From Podarcis erhardii (taxonomy: Eukaryota), in NCBI GenBank assembly GCA_964252035.1, contig OZ176211.1: a DNA stretch of 64,000 nt. One strand, written 5' to 3'. Shown piece by piece: positions 59,301 to 64,000 of this stretch; positions within the stretch are counted from its first letter, which is position 1; each line of letters starts with the position of its first letter. The translations under genes and the position numbers were made by a program. Under the pieces are notes generated by a model. The model worked only from the letters and a program-made list of their open reading frames with translations. It made no database searches and was not told the DNA's origin.

Positions 59301-62061
59301 GAAGAGGCTCCTTTCAGACAGCACTTGCCTCCCTCACATCATTCAGGTAAGCTGATCTGCAGTCTGATGGTCAAGATTTAGGTTGCTTGCTTTTCAGCAT
59401 ATTTTGCTTTTTTGGAACTTTGATTGGGAGCAGTAGCCCTAATCCGAAATGCACAGTTTAAAACCATGTTGTTGTTGTTTATTGCATTGCAGCTGCTGCT
59501 GACCTTTGATCCCATTCTTGTTGAGAAAGTGGCCATATTGCTTTTCTACATCATGCAAGACAACCCACAACTACCTCGCCTTTACCTCAGTGGAGTATTC
59601 TTCTTCATCATGATGTATACCGGTTCCAACGTGCTCCCCGTTGCAAGGTGAAAGCAATAATGTTTAGCATCTGTTGTATGTTTAAGTAAACATAGAGTGA
59701 ACATAACATAGAGTTTCACACCAGCTAAGTGTAAATGCAAAGGATATTGCATTCGTTTCCGAAAGATGTTAAGTGATAAAATCGTTTTACACTTTCCCTC
59801 TCTGGACGACCTTGAAGAAACCAGGCTACATTGTATAATGGTGATAGTGAGGGGTCGTTTGATGAAGAGAGAGTCCCAGGCGCTGTATTTAGTGCTAGAT
59901 GGCTGGTGAGAGCCCAAGGATCAGAGGGGTTAGAGGGCAGGTGCAAGTTTTATAGTCCCATTAACCTGCATGCTGAGCTCATGCCATTGAGCTAAAAGTA
60001 TATATGTAACAAAGATGAATTATTTTCTAGGTTTTTGAAGTATACACATTCGAAGCAGGCCTTCAAGTCTGAAGAGGTAAGCGGCAATTAATATTACAAA
60101 ACAAACTGGCAGTGCTCCAACAAAACAAGTCAGTTCCAAGTATGTGCTAAGTATAAGCATTTAAACAGCGAAAATGTCTGTTGGGGGGGGGTCTTGTTGC
60201 TCTCTGAAACAACTCTCTCTGTCTTCAGAATGTGCTGGATCCTTTTAAAAGGCAAATTGACAAAAGTTTGTTGTGCTGTTAGCTAAATAATGTTTAACCA
60301 AACAGTTGGAAATATGTAGCTGAATTTAGTGTTAGGAAGTTTTGGTAGGGATGAATGTGGAGACAACTCTTAAGCGTTAAATGCATTGGAAGTTGTGCTG
60401 CCGCATTCTGGATTAGTTGTAGTTTCCGGGTCACCTTCAAAGGTAGCCCCATGTAGAGTTTGATTGTGTTTTAATTCATTTGATATTTGATGTTAGCCGC
60501 CTTGAGCCCGGTCTTGGCCGGGGAGGGCGGAGTATAAATAAAAATTTACCTACTTACTTACTTACTATGGAGAGGGTGGAATAAAGAGGCATGAAGCCTG
60601 AGGCTTCTAACTCTTCATGTATTGCAAGGGGGTTGGACTAGATGGCCCTCAGGGTCCCCCTGCCAACTCTGTGATTCTACAAGTTGTGATGCACATAGTG
60701 GCTTGTGAAAATTAATATCTCCATTATCAAAAAAGCAACCGGTAAAGATGTGCAAAAGCGTGTTCATTTCATTTTCACACTTACATCCATTTTCTTCTTT
60801 TTAGATGAAAGGACAAGATATAGTTCAGAGAAGCATTCTTGGGCACATCCTGCCGGAAGCTATGGTGTGTTACTTGGAAAACTATGAGCCAGAAAAATTT
60901 TCTGAAATTTTTTTGGGCGAATTCGACACTCCAGAAGCTATTTGGAGCAGTGAAATGAGGTAATTTGATTTATACGCTTCCAGCAAAAGAAGTTGTTTCC
61001 CCCCCCCCCATTAGTATTCCCCCCCCCTTTTTTTTCCAGTTTTCTGACTGTAATTAAATTCATCTGATATCTTTGTGACTTGCCACAGATAACAAGGTTT
61101 AATGGTTTAGTGATCTGGAAGAACGTTAGGGATTGTTTGCTTCAAAATGCCTTTTTGCAATTCACAGACGCCTTATGATAGAGAAGATAGCTGCTCATCT
61201 TGCGGACTTCACCCCTCGTCTTCAAAGTAACACAAGAGCGCTTTACCAGTACTGCCCAATACCACTAATCAACTATCCTCAGCTGGAGAACGAGCTGTTT
61301 TGTAACATCTATTACCTCAGGCATCTTTGTGATAAACTTCGGTTTCCTGACTGGCCAATTAAAGACCCTGTAAGTCAAATGTCTTGCACTCTTCCTCAAT
61401 CTGCAGCAAAGCAGAATTGAAAAATAAAAAGGGGAAATAGGTCAAAGAACCTCGAGAGCCATGACTGCTTCACTGGCATCTTGAGTGTGCCGTGATCTTA
61501 ACAGTTCTGTTTTAAAGTATACAGTTTCAAAGCCAGTTAAGTTTAAACAAAGGAGCGTGTCCAATGTGGTGGGGATGTAAGAAAGCTAAGGGATATTGGG
61601 AGATGATATACACAGAAATAAAAAAGATGCTGAGGTTGACATCCCCCCCCACCCAACCCCCCCCCCGAGATGTTCTTTTTGGGTGTGATAGAGGGTGAGA
61701 TGCCTAAGAATGCATTAAATCTTGCTCTTTATGCAACTGCTGCGGCCAGAATAGCCTATGCACAACTGTGGAAGGATAAAAACAGTCCAACAAAAGAGGA
61801 TTGGCAGAATAGGTTAATAGAATATGTGGAGTTGGTGATGCTGACTCCAAAGATAAGAAACCAGGATGAACATACCATAAGAGAGGAGTGGGAAAACTTT
61901 GGAGATTGTTTAAAGAATTATAACAGTTTCATAAATCTCCCAAGTAGGACTAGATCGACGAACAGCAGCTAAATTAATTAGAAGGTAGAGAAAGATGCGT
62001 ATCACAGCTAAGAGTAAAAGGGAACCCATGGGAGGGCTGGGGTGGGAAAGTCGAATAATGT

Positions 62062-62102
<41 letters not shown>

Positions 62103-63243
62103 TTTATTGAGTATATATACCGCCCTATACCTGGAAGTCCCAGGGCGGTTCACAGAAAAGATCACAGCATATATAATCAGAATAAAAACGAGGATAATGA
62201 AGATTATTGTGAAATGGATGTACCAATTTACTGTTAAAGCATCAATGAAATTAAAATAAGTAAAGGAGTGTGTTCAAATTTTCAAATATAAGAGATAAAA
62301 CTCCTATATTGCAGGTTTTCTAATAGAGAGGAGGGCCTAGGTGACTGAGTAATAGCAGCTATCTCCCCCTCCCCCCCCCCCCGGGAAGATCTGGAAGTTA
62401 CATTAGAGGAACTCATTTGGAATTTTCTGTCTCCCCACCACCCTGCCCAGGTTAAACTCTTAAAAGATACCCTAGATGCTTGGAAGAAGGAGGTGGATAA
62501 GAAGGCACCCACAATGTCAATAGATGACGCTTATGAAGTTCTCCATCTTCCAAAGGGACAAGGACAGTAAGTTATATGCTCTTCGGTTCCACTGACATTT
62601 TAATATAAATGACCCTTAGCTATTGTATCTTGCATCATTTAAACTTAGTTGCCCTCTGATTAAGTTCTAGAACTGGAAGAACAGCTGGCATGGCTGAAGT
62701 TTTGTACAGGAACAATAGTATAATGGTTCAGCATTGGAGCCCCTCTATTTCAAACCAGCCTGACCTTTTGATTTGGAGGCATATCGGTTAACTAAAGCGC
62801 AGGAGCCCACATAGCAGTGTGCAGAGAGGATGCGGGGGAATCCAGTTTCGAAGACCAGATTGGCATAATAGTTTACACAGGCCTTGCTATTGTCACACTG
62901 GCAGTGCTGAAAAGTCACTGAAAATGCACCATTAGCGCTGCCACCCCTACTCAGCATTAAATAAGAGACAGACTGGCCTAGATCTTATGGATAACATATG
63001 TAGCTAACTCATAAAACGTGCTTTGGAAAGTGACCTAAAATCTGCCGTTCAAAATAACCTCTGCCAGAGTTTAGTTTGAAATCTATGTTATATTCCACCA
63101 CCACCCCTGACTGAATGACAGCATATTGAATCCTAGGTAAGCAAATTCTTTATGTATCTGACAGGCACGATGAGAGCAAAATCAGGAAGGCTTATTTCAG
63201 ACTGGCCCAGAAATACCACCCTGACAAGAATCCAGAAGGTCGA
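26396..63243 (+). CDS. DNAJC13: DnaJ homolog subfamily C member 13 (RME-8), 5' part (exons 2-35, 1340 codons without the microexon); continues beyond the window
   Basis: 34 exons join in frame from [23 protein letters not shown] to the J-domain [20 protein letters not shown] and closely match the human DNAJC13 sequence as recalled. Confidence 0.98.
26847..29048. mobile_element. Tigger-like MITE family A interrupted by L1
   Basis: Left part 26847-26910, right part 28870-29048; TA at both ends. Confidence 0.9.
26911..28869 (-). mobile_element. 5'-truncated L1-clade LINE (ORF2 C-terminal part, 530 aa open)
   Basis: ORF 27204-28796 covers the RT thumb region and the CCHC knuckle CWKC...HLWWTC. 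The FADD motif at 28838-28849 is in another frame. A-rich tail at 26911; 19-bp TSD TCTTTACCTGAAACTTCTT at 26892-26910 and 28870-28888. Confidence 0.95.
29921..29996 (+). CDS. DNAJC13: DNAJC13 exon 3
   Basis: [25 protein letters not shown]. Confidence 0.96.
30181..30504. mobile_element. Tigger-like MITE family B
   Basis: TIR CAGTGGTGCC(T/C)CGCAAGACG, TA TSD, internal (TTAGCGG)n array. Confidence 0.9.
31924..32073 (+). CDS. DNAJC13: DNAJC13 exon 4
   Basis: [17 protein letters not shown]...ELLTEAL. Confidence 0.96.
32472..32876. mobile_element. hAT MITE
   Basis: CAGGGGTCAGCAA...TTGCCAACCTCTG; TSD CTGCACCC/CTTCACGC (6/8). Confidence 0.75.
33223..33264 (+). CDS. DNAJC13: DNAJC13 exon 5 (GC donor)
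   Basis: [14 protein letters not shown]|gcaagt. Confidence 0.92.
33350..33668 (-). mobile_element. Sauria-type SINE, 5'-truncated
   Basis: Reverse complement of the 3932 copy; (AAAGGT)n start. Confidence 0.9.
33957..34126. mobile_element. Tc1/mariner-type MITE
   Basis: CCATATTTTT...AAAAGTACGG; TA TSD. Confidence 0.75.
35082..35444 (+). mobile_element. Sauria-type SINE, full length
   Basis: TSD CATGTTCAC at 35073-35081 and 35446-35454. Confidence 0.92.
35805..36005 (+). CDS. DNAJC13: DNAJC13 exon 6
   Basis: [15 protein letters not shown]...GGFSRL. Confidence 0.96.
36658..36864 (+). CDS. DNAJC13: DNAJC13 exon 7
   Basis: [12 protein letters not shown]...KISPRHS. Confidence 0.96.
38402..38517. 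repeat. Hairpin MITE-like inverted repeat
   Basis: GTTGCCATACGTCCAGTTTTCCCCAGACAT versus ATGTCTGGGAAAAACCAGACGTATGGCAAC (about 27/30). Confidence 0.8.
39079..39174 (+). CDS. DNAJC13: DNAJC13 exon 8
   Basis: [32 protein letters not shown]. Confidence 0.96.
39432..39523 (+). CDS. DNAJC13: DNAJC13 exon 9
   Basis: [30 protein letters not shown]. Confidence 0.96.
40419..40585 (+). CDS. DNAJC13: DNAJC13 exon 10
   Basis: [19 protein letters not shown]...FLAAPP. Confidence 0.96.
40715..40794 (+). CDS. DNAJC13: DNAJC13 exon 11
   Basis: [26 protein letters not shown]. Confidence 0.96.
40875..41044 (+). CDS. DNAJC13: DNAJC13 exon 12
   Basis: [19 protein letters not shown]...AFTQLP. Confidence 0.96.
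41225..41791 (+). mobile_element. RTE-clade LINE 3' fragment, internally deleted
   Basis: Translates as [13 protein letters not shown]...SFVYLVSTI...[10 protein letters not shown]...VWENVML; ends attgtctccc...gatgccaacaa. Confidence 0.8.
42711..42810 (+). CDS. DNAJC13: DNAJC13 exon 13
   Basis: [33 protein letters not shown]. Confidence 0.96.
43308..43660 (-). mobile_element. Sauria-type SINE, full length
   Basis: TSD TATCTATG at 43300-43307 and 43662-43669. Confidence 0.92.
43810..43917 (+). CDS. DNAJC13: DNAJC13 exon 14
   Basis: [15 protein letters not shown]...KFNSHV. Confidence 0.96.
44245..44400 (+). CDS. DNAJC13: DNAJC13 exon 15
   Basis: [15 protein letters not shown]...LFKLFQ. Confidence 0.96.
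44944..45000 (+). CDS. DNAJC13: DNAJC13 exon 16
   Basis: [19 protein letters not shown]. Confidence 0.96.
45363..45583. mobile_element. Tigger-like MITE
   Basis: CAGTGGTACCTTGGTTT...AAACCAAGATACCACTG; TA TSD. Confidence 0.85.
46036..46136 (-). mobile_element. L2-clade 3' tail
   Basis: Reverse complement of the 3048/9227 tail. Confidence 0.8.
46388..46509 (+). CDS. DNAJC13: DNAJC13 exon 17
   Basis: [18 protein letters not shown]...QRMLTN. Confidence 0.96.
47003..47078 (+). CDS. DNAJC13: DNAJC13 exon 18
   Basis: [25 protein letters not shown]. Confidence 0.96.
47241..47507 (-). mobile_element. L2-clade ORF2 fragment
   Basis: [20 protein letters not shown]...HWLPV. Confidence 0.88.
47568..47663 (+). 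CDS. DNAJC13: DNAJC13 exon 19
   Basis: [32 protein letters not shown]. Confidence 0.95.
47855..47998 (+). CDS. DNAJC13: DNAJC13 exon 20
   Basis: [17 protein letters not shown]...GIAQKE. Confidence 0.96.
49274..49288 (+). CDS. DNAJC13: DNAJC13 candidate 15-nt microexon (DRNNM)
   Basis: Long pyrimidine tract, then ccag|GACAGAAATAATATG|gtgagt; phase 0-0 between exons 20 and 21. Confidence 0.65.
49906..49988 (+). CDS. DNAJC13: DNAJC13 exon 21
   Basis: [27 protein letters not shown]. Confidence 0.96.
50690..50915 (-). mobile_element. MIR-like tRNA-derived SINE
   Basis: Minus strand tggtgtagtggttaagag head and gtgaccttgggccagtca core. Confidence 0.8.
51160..51408. mobile_element. Tigger-like MITE
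   Basis: CAGTGGTACCT...AGGTACCACTG; TA TSD. Confidence 0.85.
51669..51822 (+). CDS. DNAJC13: DNAJC13 exon 22
   Basis: [19 protein letters not shown]...WNHHEFE. Confidence 0.96.
51962..52263. mobile_element. Tigger-like MITE family B
   Basis: Same family as the 30181 copy with a shorter TTAGCGG array; TA TSD. Confidence 0.9.
52270..52652 (+). mobile_element. L1 3' fragment with inverted 5' segment (twin priming)
   Basis: 52270-52316 on minus encodes [15 protein letters not shown]; the sense part from about 52318 continues [21 protein letters not shown]; A-rich tail; TSD GAAATAGCTTTATACAGT. Confidence 0.8.
52841..53578 (+). mobile_element. Older Sauria-type SINE split by an L2 insertion
   Basis: 5' half 52841-53000, 3' half 53370-53578 ending tttacctttac. 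Confidence 0.85.
53001..53369 (+). mobile_element. L2-clade 3' fragment inserted in a Sauria SINE
   Basis: Same family as the 3048 copy; (ATT)n(ACT)n tail; SINE sequence on both sides. Confidence 0.85.
53792..54675. mobile_element. Tc1/mariner-type non-autonomous element (884 bp)
   Basis: CCGTATTTTT...AAAAATACGG, TA TSD, internal inverted and direct repeats. Confidence 0.88.
55083..55186 (+). CDS. DNAJC13: DNAJC13 exon 23
   Basis: [34 protein letters not shown]. Confidence 0.96.
55272..55431 (+). CDS. DNAJC13: DNAJC13 exon 24
   Basis: [15 protein letters not shown]...IIGMLER. Confidence 0.96.
56598..56660 (+). CDS. DNAJC13: DNAJC13 exon 25
   Basis: [21 protein letters not shown]. Confidence 0.96.
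57010..57250 (-). mobile_element. L2-clade 3' fragment
   Basis: Reverse complement of the same tail, more diverged. Confidence 0.8.
57564..57665 (+). CDS. DNAJC13: DNAJC13 exon 26
   Basis: [34 protein letters not shown]. Confidence 0.96.
57854..57958 (+). CDS. DNAJC13: DNAJC13 exon 27
   Basis: [35 protein letters not shown]. Confidence 0.96.
58797..58999 (+). CDS. DNAJC13: DNAJC13 exon 28 (GYF_2-like region)
   Basis: [27 protein letters not shown]...CSYFPS. Confidence 0.96.
59262..59346 (+). CDS. DNAJC13: DNAJC13 exon 29
   Basis: [28 protein letters not shown]. Confidence 0.96.
59493..59647 (+). CDS. DNAJC13: DNAJC13 exon 30
   Basis: [17 protein letters not shown]...SNVLPVA. Confidence 0.96.
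60031..60076 (+). CDS. DNAJC13: DNAJC13 exon 31
   Basis: [15 protein letters not shown]. Confidence 0.95.
60805..60959 (+). CDS. DNAJC13: DNAJC13 exon 32
   Basis: [23 protein letters not shown]...IWSSEM. Confidence 0.96.
61168..61369 (+). CDS. DNAJC13: DNAJC13 exon 33
   Basis: [19 protein letters not shown]...DWPIKDP. Confidence 0.96.
61670..62270 (+). mobile_element. Degraded L1 3' end (ORF2 C-terminus and 3' UTR), with a minus-strand L2-type tail inserted near 62060-62190
   Basis: [29 protein letters not shown] aligns with [29 protein letters not shown] of the 27-kb L1. Confidence 0.8.
62451..62566 (+). CDS. DNAJC13: DNAJC13 exon 34
   Basis: [38 protein letters not shown]. Confidence 0.96.
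63165..63243 (+). CDS. DNAJC13: DNAJC13 exon 35 (J domain, HPD motif)
   Basis: [26 protein letters not shown]|gtaagt. Confidence 0.96.
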
Positions 63244-63581
63244 GTAAGTGCTATGTATTAAATATATATTATGCCTATAGGATGTATTGGGTCTGATCTG
63301 GTGTCTGAGCACAGGCTCTCTACTGTATACATGGATCTACCCCAAGTACTGCAGTGTGGGGAGCAGGTTCAAGTGTTCATTTGTTCAAATGTGCAGAGTC
63401 ACTCCTTTTATGTAATCAGGACAGCCCATTTGTGCACAAATTCCTGCATAATAGAAGTGCAACTGTTTGTTTGCTAAAGCTCTTAAATATATATATTTTT
63501 ACATCAGAAAGGGGAAACAGTTTTGAGTTATGGACCCCATAACATTCCAGTAGTGGAAGTTGCCAGGCCCACACACAATCA

Positions 63582-63584
<3 letters not shown>

Positions 63585-63640
<56 letters not shown>

Positions 63641-63641
63641 A
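63585..63641. repeat. (CT)n(CA)n compound microsatellite
   Basis: Read directly. Confidence 0.95.
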
Positions 63642-63781
63642 CCTGTTTCCCATGGTAACAGAGGCATAAATTTCATTTTTAGTAACTCCATTCAAGTTTC
63701 ACCTTCCATTTTCTTGTGGGGGGAAATAGCTCTCCCAATGCCCCTTTTATCTGTCCTTTCTGTGCAAATGTGGCAAATCTC

Positions 63782-64000
63782 TGTAATCCCGGCAGAGGAA
63801 TGTAAATGAAGTCAGCACATCGCTGAACTGGAAGCCCTTAACCGCAACTGTTTTAAGCCCCTGTTGGGTTGAAATAAACGACAGACGAATGACAAGTGTC
63901 ATATGGGAGGCATCTCCCGAGCATGTCTCGGGAAGTCCCTTTTATTGAATATTACAGCATTGTCACATATGTGCTTGTTGCTGATTGGTTAACACAAATA
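63782..64000 (-). mobile_element. Possible LTR, cut by the window end
   Basis: Starts with TGT; AATAAA and CCAAT on the minus strand in LTR-like order. Confidence 0.35.

Noticed and set aside
61670-61972. 100-aa plus-strand ORF between DNAJC13 exons 33 and 34
   Set aside because: L1 ORF2 C-terminus; exons 33 and 34 join in frame without it.

Overview
Vertebrate (squamate, probably lacertid lizard, judged from Sauria-type SINEs) genomic window. There are no prokaryotic features. Two spliced genes lie on the + strand. (1) An 11-exon ZP3-type zona pellucida gene (CDS 5161-13253, about 529 aa) has a normal ZP-N/ZP-C core but an atypical C-terminus: a degenerate furin site (SNRR), a tandemly duplicated EHP exon, an extra stalk exon and a GPI-signal-like hydrophobic end with no cytoplasmic tail. 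(2) The 5' part of DNAJC13/RME-8: CpG-island promoter and non-coding exon 1 near 20.1-20.4 kb, exons 2-35 from 26396 to 63243 up to the J-domain HPD motif, a candidate 15-nt microexon and one GC-AG intron. The gene continues beyond the window. The rest is dense with repeats: Sauria, MIR-like and tRNA-Lys/CR1-tail SINEs; L1, L2 and RTE fragments; Tigger-like and hAT MITEs; and solo LTRs. Several are nested, including a twin-primed L1 and an L1 inside a MITE. Exon boundaries were read by hand from splice signals and reading frame. Family names come from recalled homology, not from a database search.
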